Shown here: positions 1 through 12,871 of the stretch, one piece after another
Position numbering within the stretch: position 1 is the first letter of the stretch
Layout: each line of letters begins with the position of its first letter
NCBI RefSeq assembly: GCF_030028105.1
Contig: NC_092398.1
Span: 16,434,182-16,498,181 of the forward strand
Reading direction: 5' to 3'
DNA: 64,000 nt
From: Mobula birostris
Lineage: Eukaryota
The notes under the pieces: generated by a model
The model's database searches: none
What the model saw: the letters and a program-made list of their open reading frames with translations, nothing else
Told to the model about the DNA's origin: nothing
Translations under genes and position numbers: made by a program

Positions 1-994
1 TGGAAAAACAAGCTTTTCCCTCAGTGTTTACTCTTCCCTGTCTGGCCTGCTGAGTTCCTCCAGCATTTTGTGTGTGTTGCAAGCATGTGAAGAAGATTGG
101 TTGATAGGCAATGAGCAGAGTAGGAATAAAGGAGGCCTTTTATGGTTGCCCGATCCTCTTAATAGCTGCTAGGAAAATTATTAACACTTCCCTTAAACAG
201 GAATTTTTCCAGGTGTCCTCAAATCTGTGGCTGTAAAACCCCTACTAACTACAGGCATAGATCAAAACTTCCCTTCCTGGGCAAGTTTCTTGAGAAAGAT
301 ATATTTAAACAGCACAACTTTTTGAATGAGCCCATTACATCAATACCAATCAGTTAGAATCCATCCATATTTATCCCTTCTACCAGCACTTGTCCTGTAA
401 CCTGGGTAATTGAAGTGATTGACAAGACATTTCTAAAATACCATTAGGCACTCTGCTTTCACCACTTTCTCTGGTAGAGTGTTCCAGTTACTCACCCTCA
501 ACTTACACCCCCCACCACCATGTCCTGCAGGTCTATCTACTTCTGATATGGGGGAAAGTTCTCTGCAACCTACCCGATCTCAACCCCTGATAATTTTCTA
601 CACCTAAATTATCTCCCCTCTTCAGCATGGATCAGGGCTGGGTCAGTGTATGTTTGCCATCTACATCAAATATTGTCTGGATGATAATACTTTAACACGG
701 AACAACGAATTTGCTGATAGCAGCAAGATTGGGGATGTAGTGGACAATGAGGAAGCTATTGAAGCTTGCAGTGTGTTTTGGGAATTATTGCGTGAATGTG
801 GAGTCGCAGGTAGCGAGCCCACAGGGAGAGTTCTAAGCACATTGGCCTTCATAAATAAAAACATTGGGTACAGAAGTTGGGATGGGGTCATGAAAGGAGA
901 TTATGAGAGTAAATACATTTTTGCCAGGAAAATATACAATTAATCATGCTCTCCAAATGCTCACAGACGGCAAAATATTGCAGACACTGTGAGT

Positions 995-1010
995 GGCTCT
1001 AAAAAGAGCC
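995..1010 (-). promoter_or_regulatory. Histone 3' stem-loop of H2A pseudogene 1
   Basis: Minus strand reads GGCTCTTTTTAGAGCC, close to the consensus GGCTCTTTTCAGAGCC. Confidence 0.85.
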
Positions 1011-1041
1011 TTTGGATAGCTGGGTTTCATATTCTGCCTCT

Positions 1042-1296
1042 TCACTTACTGGCTCCGCCGTTTTTCTTGGTGCGGCCTCGTTATTGGGTGATCGTCACCT
1101 CTCCATATGATGAGGGCCTTCTTGTTGTCCCTAGCCGCGTTGCCAACCAGTTCAAGAATTTCAGCCGTCAGATACTGGAACACAGAGCCCAGAAAGACCG
1201 AGGCTCCGGCACCCACTCACTCAGCATAGTTGCCCTTTCTCAAGAGGAAATGGGCCGGGTACGAGCTTTCCTGCTGGTTTTACTCTGTCCACTCTT
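1042..1296 (-). pseudogene. H2A: Histone H2A pseudogene, unit 1
   Basis: [27 protein letters not shown] and ASK* are recognisable. ATG is changed to AAG, there is an in-frame stop, and large deletions leave 255 bp versus 381 bp in the intact copy. Confidence 0.9.
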
Positions 1297-1460
1297 TTGA
1301 ACAAGCTCAGCAACACCCAGAGAATGAGAAGATTCTTCCGGCCCTCGGCTTCTTTGTATACCCTGTGGGGATGCAATCAGACAATCAGGATTGGTGCGGA
1401 AACGCTTAAGCTCAATGGAGAACAAATAAACCAGCGAGAGAGCCGATTTATTCACTCATC

Positions 1461-1531
1461 AAAATCAAAAGCGCGGAAGTAACTTCTTACCCGCCGAAAA
1501 TAAACTGAAACATGAAAACAGCCCGCCAAAA
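1461..1531. promoter_or_regulatory. Conserved ETS/E2F-like block upstream of H2A (paralogs about 13763-13834, 28830-28900, 38103-38173, 54208-54268)
   Basis: GCGCGGAAGT, CCCGCCGAAAA and CCCGCCAAAA motifs are retained with CpGs; CCAAT boxes lie nearby. Confidence 0.6.
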
Positions 1532-1865
1532 ATCCTTTCTTCAAACCGAATCTAAAATAATCATTACAGATCTGCTTGTGGAATAATTCCCCGCATTAAC
1601 CCATTACTGAAGTCCGCCACATCTAATGTTTGCGTAGCTAATATTGCATGAGTGTTTGGGTATTTCATTTAACGATATGTCCACTCTGAGAAAAAAAAAT
1701 CGTTTTTCAGTTGCTGTCCCCGGTCATTGAGTAAACTGCATGATGTTACGACGAGTTGCTCTTCGCAAACTACGGCTGGAGTTTAGCCTGCAATTTTGAA
1801 AAAAAAAATGGTGAAAATACCGCCTGGCATTGAAATTGAATTAAAAGAATATGACGAAAAAATTG

Positions 1866-1906
1866 CAGCTCTGTTAACGAAATAGTGAGTGGCTCTTAAA
1901 AGAGCC
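1866..1906 (-). promoter_or_regulatory. H2B 3' stem-loop (1891-1906) and U7 histone downstream element (1866-1875)
   Basis: Minus strand reads CCAAAGGCTCTTTTAAGAGCCACTCA followed by AACAGAGCTG. Confidence 0.95.
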
Positions 1907-1938
1907 TTTGGGTTTTCGGTTTGTTTTGGCAGCACTCT

Positions 1939-2309
1939 TCACTTGGAGCTGGTGTACTTGGTCACTGCCTTTGTCCCCTCCGACACGGCGTGCTTGGCCA
2001 GCTCCCCGGGCAGCAGCAAGCGCACTGCGGTCTGGATCTCCCGAGAACTGATGGTCGACCGCTTGTTGTAATGGGCTAGCCGAGAAGCCTCGCCAGCGAT
2101 GCGCTCGAAAATATCATTCACGAACGAGTTCATGATGCTCATGGCCTTGGAGGAGATGCCGGTGTCGGGGTGAACCTGCTTCATCACTTTGTAGATATAG
2201 ATGGAGTAACTCTCCTTCCTCAGCCTCCTGCGCTTCTTGCCAGCCTTTCCTGTTGGTTTCGGCAGCGCTTTCTTAGCGCCTTCTTGGGAGCAGGCTTCTG
2301 ATCGGGCAT
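1939..2309 (-). pseudogene. H2B: Histone H2B copy 1 with a 1-bp deletion near codon 11 (pseudogene or sequence error)
   Basis: ATG at 2309 to stop spans 371 bp versus 372 bp in the paralogs. It reads AAGAAGGCGCT where they read AAGAAGGGCGCT. The histone fold is otherwise intact. Confidence 0.85.
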
Positions 2310-2361
2310 TTCTTCCGTCGATTTCAGACTCAAATAAGCAGGATTTCCGTCGGAGCACGTC

Positions 2362-2427
2362 TTAAATAGGAAACGCCGACGTCAGTATGCTAATCAAGGA
2401 ATGGAGCACTTGAGAATGTTCATTGGC
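2362..2427 (-). promoter_or_regulatory. H2B promoter: TATA-like CTATTTAA, variant octamer ATTAGCAT and CCAAT box
   Basis: Octamer at 2387-2394, with identical copies at 14667, 29747 and 38930. The layout matches the Oct-1-dependent vertebrate H2B promoter. Confidence 0.8.
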
Positions 2428-2598
2428 TACCTTGAGAGACGAATCATCATCAAATTATTACGACAAATATTGTATTTGGATATCAGAGGCTACAAATACA
2501 GTCACTCGCTCCTCCAATTGGAAGCCCCTCCCAGTCTGCGGACTAGGAAATTTGCAGGCCCGTGATGTTCTCCGTGCCGTTTATTGCGACAGAGGGTT

Positions 2599-5500
2599 AG
2601 AAACATAGAAAACCTGCAGCACAATATACGCCCTTCGGCTCACAAAGCTGTGCCGAACATGTACTTACCTTATAACTACGTAGGTTTACCCATAGCCCTC
2701 TATTTTTCTGAGCTCCATGCATCCACCCAGGAGTCTCTTAAAAGACCCTGTCGTTTCCGCCTCCACCACCGCCGCCGGCAGTCCATTCCATGCACTCACC
2801 ACTCTCTGCGTAAAAAAAAACTTACCCCTGACATCTCCTCTGTATCTACTTCCAAACACCTTAAAAATATGTCTGCAATTACAGCACTGGGAAAAAGCCT
2901 CTGACTATCCGCACGATCAATGCCTCTCATTATCTTGTACACCTCTATGAGGTCAGCTTTCATCCTCCGTCGCTCCGAGGAGAAAAGACCGAGTTCACTC
3001 AACCTATTCTCATAAGGCATGCTCCCCAATACAGGCAAGACCTTGTAAATCTCCACTGCACTCTTTCTATGGTTTCCACGTCCTTCCTGTAGTGAGACGA
3101 CCAGAATTGAGCTCAGTACTTCAAGTGGGATCTGACCAAGGTCCTATATAGCTGCAACATTACCTCTCGGCGCTCTTAAACTGAATCCCACGATTGATGA
3201 AGGCCAATGCACCGTATTGTGTCCGACGGACTAGGATCCCAAGATCTCTCTGATCGTCCACACTGCAAGAGTCTTGCCATTCTGCCATCATATTTGACCT
3301 ACCAAAATAAACCACCTCACACTTTTCTGGGTTAAACTCCACCTGCCTCTTCCCAGTCCAGTTTTGCTTCCTATCAATGTCCCATTGTAACCTCTGCCAG
3401 CCCTACACACTATCCACAACACCCCAAACCTTTGTGTCATCAACAAATTTACTAACCCATCCCCTCACCCCGCACTTCCTCATACAGGTCATTTATAAAA
3501 ATCATGAAGAGTAGGGGTCCCAGAACAAATCCGTGAGGCCCACCACTTGTCACTGGCCTCCATGCAGAATATGACCCATCTACAACCACTCTTTTCCTTC
3601 TGTGGGCAAGCCAGTTCTGGACCCACAAAGCAATGTCCCCTTGGATCCCATGCCTCCTTACTTTCTCAATAAGCCTTGCATGGTGTACCCTATCAAGTGC
3701 CTCAGTGAAATCCATATACACTACATCTACGGCTCTACCTTCATCAATGTGTTTAGTCATATCCTCAAAAAGTTCAATCAGGTTAGTAAGGCATGACCTA
3801 CATTTGACAAAGCCATGCTGACTATTTCTAATTATCTTATGCCGCTCCAAGTGTTCATAAATCCTGCCTCTCAGGATCATCTGCATCAATGTAACAACCA
3901 CTGAAGTAAGACTGTCTGGTCATTAATTTCCTGGGCTATCTCTACTCCCTTTTTTGAATAAGGGAAGAACATCCACAACTGTCCAATCCTCTGGAACCTC
4001 TCTCGTCCTCATTGATGAATCAAAGATCATCGCCAAAGGCTCAGAAATCTCCTCCCCTGCTTCCCACAATAGTCTAGGGTACAACCCATCCGGTCCTGGT
4101 GACTTATCCAACTTGATGCTTTCCAAAAGATCCAGCACATCCTCTTCTTTAATATCTACATGCTCAAGCTTTACAGTCCACTGCCAGTCATCCCTACAAT
4201 TGCCAAGATCGTTTTCCATATTGAATACTGAAACAAAGCATTCATTAAATATCTCTACCATCTCCTCCGGTTCCATACACGCTTTTCTACTGTCACACTT
4301 GATTGGTCCTATTCTCTCACATCTTATCTTCTTGCTCTTCACATACTCGTAGAATGCCTTGGAGTTTTCCTTAATCCTGTCCACCAAAGCCTTCTCATGG
4401 CCCTTTCTGGCTATCCTAATTTCATTCTTAAGTTCCTTCCTGCAGGCCTTATAATCTTCTAAATCTCTATCATTACCTAGTTTTTTGAACCTTTCATACG
4501 CTCCTCTTTTCTTCTTGACTAGATTTACAATAACCATTTTTACACTACAGTTCCTGTACGCTACCATCCTTTCCATGTCTTATTGGAATGTATTTACACA
4601 GAACCCCATGCAAATATGGCCTGAACATTTGCCACAATTCTTCCGTACATTTCCCTGAAAACATCTGTTTCCAATTTATCCCTCTAAGTTCCTGCCTGAT
4701 AGCCTCATATTTCCCCTTACTCCAATTAAACGTTTCCCTAACTTGTCTGTTCCTATCCCTCTCCAATGCTATGGTAAAGGAGATAGAATTGTGATCACCA
4801 TCTCCAAAATGGTCTCCCACTGAGAGACCTGACACCTGACCAGGTACATTTCCCAATATCTGATCAAGTATAGCCTCTCCTCTTGATAGATTATCTACAT
4901 ATTGTGTCAAGAAACCTTCCTGAACACACCTAACAAACTCCACCCCATCTAAACCCCTCACTCCAGGAAGATGCCAATCAATATTTGGGAAATTAAAATC
5001 TCCCACATAACAACACTGTTATTATTACTCCTTTCCAGAATCTGTCTCCCATCTGCTCCTCGATGTCCCTGTTACTATTGAACAGTCTTTAAAAAACACC
5101 CAGTAGAATTATTGACCCCTTCCTATTCTTAACTTCCACCCACAGAGACCCCATAGGCAACCCCTCCATGACTTCCTCCTTTTCTGCAGCTGTGACACCA
5201 TCTGTGATCAACAGTGCCACGCCCACATCTCTTTTGCCTCCCTCCTTGTCCTTTCTGAAACATCTAAAGCCTGGCACTTGAAGTAGCCATTCCTGTCTGT
5301 GCACCATCCAAGTCTCTGTAATGGTCACAACATCATAGCTCCAAGTGCTGATCCACAGTCTAAGCTCATCCACTTTATTCATAATACTCTTTGCATTAAA
5401 ATAGACACATCCGAAACCATCGGTCTGAGTGTGTCCCTTTACTATCACCTACCTATCCTCCCTTTTGCACTGTCTCCAAGCTTTCTCAGTTTGTGAGCCA

Positions 5501-5780
5501 ACCTCACTTTCCTCCACCACTTCCGTTCAGTTCACACTCCCCAGCAATTCTAGTTTAAACTCTCTCCAATAGTCCTTGCAAACCTCCCTGCCAGGATATT
5601 GGCCCCCCCAGACTCAAGTGCAACCCGTCCTTATTGTACAAGTCACACCTTCCCCAGGTGAGGTCTCAATGATCCAGAAAACTGAATCCCTGCTCCCTGC
5701 TCCAGTCTCTCTGCCACACATTTATCCTCCACCTCAGTCTATTCCTATACTCACTGTCATGTGGGACAGCCAGTAATCCC
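2599..5780 (-). mobile_element. CR1-clade LINE, 5'-truncated and frameshifted (APE and RT)
   Basis: ORF fragments [45 protein letters not shown] and LGPLLF; TTTCTATGTTTCTA tail; absent from units 3 and 4. Confidence 0.92.
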
Positions 5781-6029
5781 GAGATTGTAGCTGATATTAA
5801 ACAGAGAAAAATGTAAAATACAAATACAGATGAAATAGACTCACATTCAGCTCAAAGTTCAAATTAGATTATCAAAATACATATATATCACCAAGCATGA
5901 TTCACTTTCTTGCGAGCATAATAATAATTCCTGAAACTGATGGGGTAAGTCCTGAGGCTCTTTTACCTTTGCCCTGATAGCAGACTGAGAAGAGAGTATG
6001 TCCTGGGTGGTGTTATACTAATAAAAAAT

Positions 6030-6540
6030 CAGTTAGGCCATCTCTGAAGTGGAATCTAGGTCTCTTCTGGAATCCTATAAAATACTAGTTAGGCCCCCTC
6101 TGGAGTACAGCCAAAAGTCTAGTTAGGACTCCTGTGGAGTTGAGCTAAGAGTCTAGTTAAGCCTTCTCTGGAGTGCTGTTGAAAAATCTAGTTCAGCCTT
6201 CTCAAAGTTGAAAGTACATTTTATTATCAAAGTATGTATAAATTATCCAATCATGGGATTCGTCTGCATACAGGCAGCCACAAAACTGAATTTAAAGAAA
6301 AGACCAACACCCAATCTATAGAGAGATTAAAAAAAAAATCAATTCATGCAAACAATAGAGCAAGCGTCAGTATTCAGAATGAAGGCAAAGATTAGAGAAT
6401 GAAATTCTAGTTAGGCCTCCTCTGGAATAGAGTCTAAGAGACCAGTTAGGCCTTGTCCAGAATACTACATTCTAGTCTGGTTGGTACTTTACAAGAAAGA
6501 ACTGAAGACTTTGGAGAGGATTCAGAATAGATTTAGTCCA
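6030..6540 (+). repeat. Degenerate ~34-bp minisatellite derived from CR1 sequence (paralogs about 17985-18520 and 30135-30630)
   Basis: Repeated AGTTAGGCC..CTCTGGAGT units. The last unit runs into CR1-like ORF2 sequence (LERIQ). Confidence 0.65.
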
Positions 6541-8730
6541 TTAGAACAGAAATAGGTCTGTCAGTACATCTATTTTACTCTGCCATTACATCATATCTGA
6601 GATTATCCCTGTCAATCACTTTCTTTGGCCTTCTCCCTTGTAACCTTTGACTCCCTGACTAATCAAGCACCTATCATATTCCATTTTAAATATGCTCAAT
6701 GACTTGACCTCCACACATGTCTGTGACAGTGAATTCCATTGAATAACTACCTACTGGCTCAAGAAAGTCCTCCTCATCTCTGTTCTCAATAGTAATCTCT
6801 CTATTCTGTAGCTGTGTCATTTGGTCCTAAGCTCTACCCACTACATGAAACATCCTCACCATATCTACTGTATTCATGCCTTTTAATATTTGATAGGTTT
6901 TAATAAGGTCACCCCTTATTCTTCTGAATTCCAATGAGTTGAGGCCCAGAACCATCAAATACACAAACTATATCCACACTATCACTCCTGGAATCATTCC
7001 TGTGAACTTCCTCTAGACCATCTCGAATGCCAGCACAACTCTTCTCAGATAATAGGATAAAAACTGTTCATAATACTGAAGTGCTATCTAACCAATGACT
7101 TATAAAAAAGACTCAGCTTTACATGATTGCTTTTATATTCTTATCCTGTCAAAATGAATACTAACATTGAAATTCCCTTCCTTACCACTGACTCAAATGG
7201 CAAGATAACCTTTATGGAATCCTGCACAAGTACTCCCAAGTCACTTCGTACCTCTAATTTTTGAATCTTCTCCCTCTTTAGAAAACAATCTATACCTTTT
7301 TTTCTTCCACCAACATACATGATCAAACACTTCAAAACACTCTATTGCAACTGAAACTTCTTTGCCCATTCTTCAAATCTGTCTAAGTCCTTTTGCAGAC
7401 TCCCAGCTTCTTTAAAATTGACTGCCTCTCCATCTATATTTGTATCATCAATTACTAGGTCTGAAAGAATTTTCAAAGGGTTATAAATCTGGTCAGCTCC
7501 ATCTTGGTTACCAGCCTACAAAGGACGCAGGACATCTTCAAAGAGCAGTGTCTCAAAAGACAGTATCCATTATTAAGGACCTCCAGCACCCACTGCATGC
7601 CCTCTTCTCACTGTTAACATCAGGTAGGAGGTACAGAAGCCTAAAAGCACACACTCAGTGATTCAGGAAAAGCTCCTGAATAAGCCCCTCTGCCATTCGA
7701 TTCCTAAGTACTATCTCAATTTTTAATATAATGTACCTCTGGTTTCTGCACTTTTATTAAAAACTATTCAATATGTGTACACTGTAATTGATTTACTTCT
7801 TTATTATTATTTTTTATTTTTTTTCTCTCTTCTAGATTATGTATTGCATTGAACTGCTGCTGCTAAGTTATCAAATTTCATGTCACATGCCAGTGATAAT
7901 AAACCTGATTCTTATTTTGATTCTGAACCTGGCCACAAAAGCCATCAATTCCATCATCCAAACCATTTACATATAACATGAAAAGGAGTAGTCTCAACAC
8001 TAAACCTTGCAGTAAAGCACTAGTCACTGGCAGTTAACCAGAAAATGCCTCCATTATTTCCATTCTTTGCCTCCCGCTCTTTGGACAATCTTCTACCCAT
8101 ACTGGTACTTTTCCTGTAATACCATGGGTTCTTACCTTCTTAAGCAACAGCATGTTCAGCAACTTGCACAAGCCTTTCTGAAAATCTGAATAAACAACAT
8201 CTACTGACTCTCCTTTGTCTATTTTGTCTGTTATTTCCTCAAAGAATTGCAAAAGTTTTGTCAGGCAAGATTTCTCCTTTTGAAAACCCTGCTGACTTTG
8301 GCCGATTTTATCATGTGCCTTCAAAATTCATCAATAACAATGGACTCCAACATCTACCCAACCACTGAAGTCAGACTAACTGGTCTATAATTTCCTTCCT
8401 ACTGCCTCCTTCCGTTCTTAAAAGTGGAATGACATTTCCAAATTTCCAGTTCTCTGGAACTATTCCTGAATCTAGTGATTCTTGAAAGATCATTATTAAT
8501 GCCTCCACAATTTCTTCAATTAACTCTTTCAGAATCCAATTGGTCCAGTTGACCTATCTACATTAAGACATTGCAATTCCCCAAGCACCTTCTCCCTCCA
8601 ATAGCAACTGCATTCACTTATATCCCAACACTCTCCAACTTCCATCATACTGCTAGTTTCTTCTACATTGAAGACTGATGCCAAATCGTTATTCAGTTAA
8701 TCTGTAAATCTCTTGTGCTCCATTACTACC
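6540..8730 (-). mobile_element. Old CR1 fragments interrupted by a Rex1-type 3' fragment (about 7470-7925, + strand)
   Basis: QQGFQKEKSCLTKLLQFFEE and VDVVYSDFQK motifs. HALFSLLTSGRRYRSLKAHT followed by an AATAAACCTGATTC tail. Confidence 0.75.
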
Positions 8731-9624
8731 TGATATTGATCAGCTCAGCATAGGTGCACAAAGCTATTGGGCAGAAGCAACTGCAGTTTGATGGACAGGG
8801 AAAGCAGACGATCCAGTTGTCTTTATTTCACCCTTTTTGTGGACTCTAAACTGATTCTTGCGGTTGGATAATCTAATCAGAAGAACTGAATGTGGACACA
8901 GAAAGCTTCAAGGAATGATTTGCTGAACCTGAGACCATTCTCTAACAAGTAGTCATTTGTTATGTAAAAAGAGTGGACTCTAATCTGATTCTTGACTCTG
9001 GGACAATCTAATCAGAGCAACAAACCTGAGACCATTCACAAAGGAGTAGCTACTTGTCATGTAAAATGCCAGACCAATCTGTAATCTCATTAGACTCTGT
9101 CTGGGTTGCCTCATTTAACTGGTTTGGACCAGTCAGAGTGCAAAGGCATAAATACAAAAGGCTGGGGTGGGCAGAGCCATAAAACAATATTGGTTGTAGC
9201 CCTGTACAATGACCAGTAAGCAGGTGACCCAGGTACATCACGTGACCTGAACCAATAGGATGGAGATGCAATGGTTCAATTGATGAGGAACAGTATAAGA
9301 CTCAGGAGCTCTAAGTAAGCAGGGGCGTTATTAGAACCCTCTCCAACAGCCATAGACCAACCATTGTGGATAAGGAGGACCCCACAGACACGTGGAGATT
9401 GGAACCATGAGGAATCCCTGTCCAGTGTAGACTCATTTCCCGGGTAATACCTTTTCTCTTCATTGACGGTTCACGGATTGTCAGGGGTTCTAGTAGAGAG
9501 CACACAGGTAGATAGGAGTGTGAACCCACATGCTTTTTAGTTGAAATAATAAAAGTTACTTGTTAGCACATACAGATTTTCTGTGCCTCACTGATCATTA
9601 TTATAAGGGGTGATTCTTGTAACA
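8731..9624 (+). mobile_element. 5' LTR of an LTR retroelement/ERV (5' boundary approximate)
   Basis: TG...TGTAACA ends, internal U3-like direct repeats (GGACTCTAA.CTGATTCTTG), CCAAT about 9252, TATAA about 9294, AATAAA about 9548, followed by a PBS. Confidence 0.72.
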
Positions 9625-9628
9625 GAAT

Positions 9629-9650
9629 TGGCGTCCCTGGCTGGGCTCGA
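9629..9650 (+). promoter_or_regulatory. Primer-binding site complementary to tRNA-Asn(GTT)
   Basis: TGGCGTCCCTGGCTGGGCTCGA versus the reverse complement of the vertebrate tRNA-Asn 3' end as I recall it, TGGCGTCCCTGGGTGGGCTCGA (1 mismatch). It starts 4 nt after the LTR-terminal CA. Confidence 0.85.
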
Positions 9651-9748
9651 GGATAAATCTCTTTGTTCAGCAGGAGACTTGAGTCGGACCATGTGAGTGA
9701 GGTGCAGCGATTTGGGGCTGGGTAGTTATCGGTTACTGGCTGTTATCA

Positions 9749-9835
9749 GGGTGAACCTGCTTCATCACCTTGTACACGTAGATGGAGTAAAAGCTTTAGG
9801 CTTTTCTTAAATGAGTTTCAGACACAGAATGAAAT
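9749..9835 (-). pseudogene. H2B: Fragment of a second H2B lineage
   Basis: Encodes [14 protein letters not shown]; flanks match 23855-24025. Confidence 0.75.
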
Positions 9836-10026
9836 GGAACTGGTGGCATCGACAATTTAATTGGCAATGTGGTCCCCACCTGTAGTAATGAGGAATCAGC
9901 AAAATAAGGTTCTCATCAGTAGATTTGGACAAATGAAAGCTAACGTTTCAATCCAACCCTCTTATTGGACAATAGACCAATCACAGCCTAGGCTGACCAC
10001 AGTCAACAGGGGTTAGCAATGGGTCA

Positions 10027-11170
10027 TTGGTTAACATAAGGAGACATAAAGTTGGTTATCCAATATTGCCAACATTAGTAGAGCATTGGGAGTACTTCAT
10101 TCATAAGGTCTTCAGTTCTGTGTGGATGGGAAATGTATGTGTACAAAATATTGGCTTGTTTCATATGAAATATGATCCCAGTATACCCATTTTTGTTACT
10201 CCATGGTTGATTTAAGCCTTCAAGAAAATATCATTGTGAAGAATGATTGTATGTCAGTATCACAGGTAGTTCCATCATATATGCAAAGCAGACGTGATAG
10301 ATTCTTGCACTCTACACAGATGGTTCAGAAGATACAGTTACAGGTCCTTCAGGTGTTTCAGTTTTGTTCCAAAGTTTCAGGTGATTATTAAGAAAAAAAA
10401 AAATATAAGATGAAGTATCAGAATTCACATCAAAAATATTTGCTATCATTTCAGCCTTGGAATGGGTTGAAGAATTATGCCCCAAATCTGTCCATCTGTG
10501 CTTTGATTCTTTTTCGGTTTTGTTTATTATGTGAAATGTTGTATGACGTTGGTGATCATAGTATTTCCATGCTCATGACTACTCTTAGCAAATTTTTCTG
10601 CAGAAGTAGCTTGCTGTTGCCTTCTTCTGGTTAATGCCTTTACAAGTTTCAGGCTTACCATCTATTAAAACAGGTATATTGAACTATAGGCCAAAAATTC
10701 TTCTTTGGATTGGACAGCAGGTTACAGGATCCAGGCTGGTGTATACAAACAAAGTGGCAGATATTATAGCCAACCAGTCATTTAAACTTAAGGATATCAA
10801 AGTAGAAATATGAGAGATGAAATCTATAATTAAAAGGTCAATTTGATCACCATAACAACAAAGATTGGATAAGGAAAGAATGGCATTTATATCAGATTTA
10901 GCTGGTGAGTACTCAACTGGGAAATTGTGTATAAAAGGAGGAAATAATTTATACTTAGATATTGGACATACGAGATTGAATAACTCCTTGTTTTCAATTA
11001 ACAAGGGTGATATGGACATTTGGAAAGAGAGCATATTATGGGCACTTGTATAGAGAGAACTTGTCAAGAAACAATGCAACATGCATTTTTTCAATGCAGT
11101 TCCTATGAGGTTCAAAGGAAGCACCTAATTGCTAAATTGAGATCTTGGGATGGACGCAATTTAACATGGA
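10027..11170 (+). mobile_element. Ancient RNase H-bearing LINE remnant carried in the duplicated unit (paralogs about 24190-27950 and 32720-33800)
   Basis: YTDGS..., FAIISALEWVEE and RLDIGHTRLN-like motifs. Confidence 0.6.
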
Positions 11171-12871
11171 GGGATTGTTAGGATATCACTATCATTTTAA
11201 TGTAAACAAGTCTATTTTTAACATTCTGAAAATAAATGGACATTTTGATATTATTTGAGATTAATTTTTTGGATGGCGAATTCAGTGGGTATACTTCCTG
11301 TCTCATTATACCACAATCCAACTCAGTAGGCGGTGGTATTGCATCTTGTGTTACTCTGCCAACCACCAATCAACCTTACAAAAACAAAATTAGTAGGGCT
11401 TTTTTCCTTAAGATACTCTTGACTCAATTTGATTGGAATGTTTTTAAGAGGTGACAAATATATATTGACGAGGGTAGTTTGAGAGTTTGATTCTACAATT
11501 TGAGGGGGAGAAATTCAAGATATATCTATCCATATTACAGTGGAGTAAATGAAATTACAGAGGCATGAGAGAGGAGCTGATCAACGTCAAATGAAAGGTG
11601 GCACAAGCAGAGATGACAGCATTGCAGCAATGGCTGGAGTTTATAGGAGCAAACTGGAAGGCACAAAACAGTTGTATCACAAAATTGGAAAAACAAGCTT
11701 TTCCTTCAGTGTTTACTCTTCTCCATAGATGCTTTCTGGCCTGCTGACTTCCTCCAGCATTTTGTGTGTGTTGCAAGCATGTAAAGAAGATTGGTTGATT
11801 GGCAATGAGCAGAGTAGGAATAAAGGAGGCTTTTATGATTGTCAGATCCTCTGAATAGCTGCTAGGAAAATTATTAACACATCCCATTAACAAGAATTTT
11901 TTCAGGTGCCTTCAAGTCTGTGGCTGTAAAACCCCTACTTACTAACTACAGGAATAGATGAAAACTTCCCTTCCTGGGCAAGGTTTCTGAGAAAGACATA
12001 CTCAAACAACACAACTTTCTGAATGAGCCCATTACACTGATACCAATCAGTTGGAATCCATCCATATTCATCCCATCTACCAGCACTTGTCCTGTAACCT
12101 GGGTAATTCAAGTGATTGCAAGACATTTCTAAAGTACCAAAGGGACTCTGCTTTCACTACTCCCTCGGGTAGAGTGTTCCAGTTACTCACCCTCAACTTA
12201 TCTCCCATGTCCTGCAGGTCTATCTACTCCTGACATGGAAGAAAGCTCTCTGCAACCTACCCGATCTCAACCCCTGATAATTTTATACAACTAAATAATT
12301 TCCCCTCTTAATCAGGGATTGTGCTGGGTCAGTGCATGTTTGCCATTTACAGCAACTATAAGGATGATAATACTGTAATACCGATCAACAAATTTGCGGA
12401 TGGCACCAAAATTGAGGGTGTGGGGGACAACGAGGAAGGCTATTGAAGCTTGCAGTGTGACTTGGGAATTATTGCGTGAATGTGGAGTCACAGGTAGCGA
12501 GCACACAGAGAGCTCTTGGCACATTGACCTTCATAAATGAGTACATAAGTTAGGATGTTATGATGAAATTGCAAGAGGCCTAATTCAGAGTACTGTGTGC
12601 AGTTACCGACAGTTTAACATCTGTCCCAGAAAAGATTTGAAGGTCTAAGAGAGGCGGGAATGTAAGTAGTGAAAATAGGGTAATGAAGGGTGATTATGGG
12701 AATAAATACACTTATACAAGTTAAATATGCAATTAAGCATGTTCAAAGACAACAAAACATTATCTGATGAAGGGCTGAAGAGTTTTTATATCAGTTATTC
12801 AGGACGTTCGGTAGTAATGTTACAGACTAACCTTCAATATTGAAGCGGAGTGAAAATAAAATTGACCCCAA

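Noticed and set aside
1889-2071. Recurrent 60-aa + strand ORF 'MALKRAFGF...' (also 14169, 29251, 38432)
   Set aside because: It is the antisense shadow of H2B and its stem-loop, with a GTG start. H2B fully explains its conservation.
1939-2358. 139-aa N-terminally extended H2B
   Set aside because: Artefact of the 1-bp deletion; it uses a non-ATG start right at the TATA box.
6030-6200. CRISPR-like repeat-spacer appearance
   Set aside because: Eukaryotic context, degenerate units without unique spacers, no cas genes, and the unit derives from CR1.
9629-9650. tRNA-Asn gene
   Set aside because: Only the complement of the 3' end including CCA is present, directly after an LTR end, so it is a primer-binding site.
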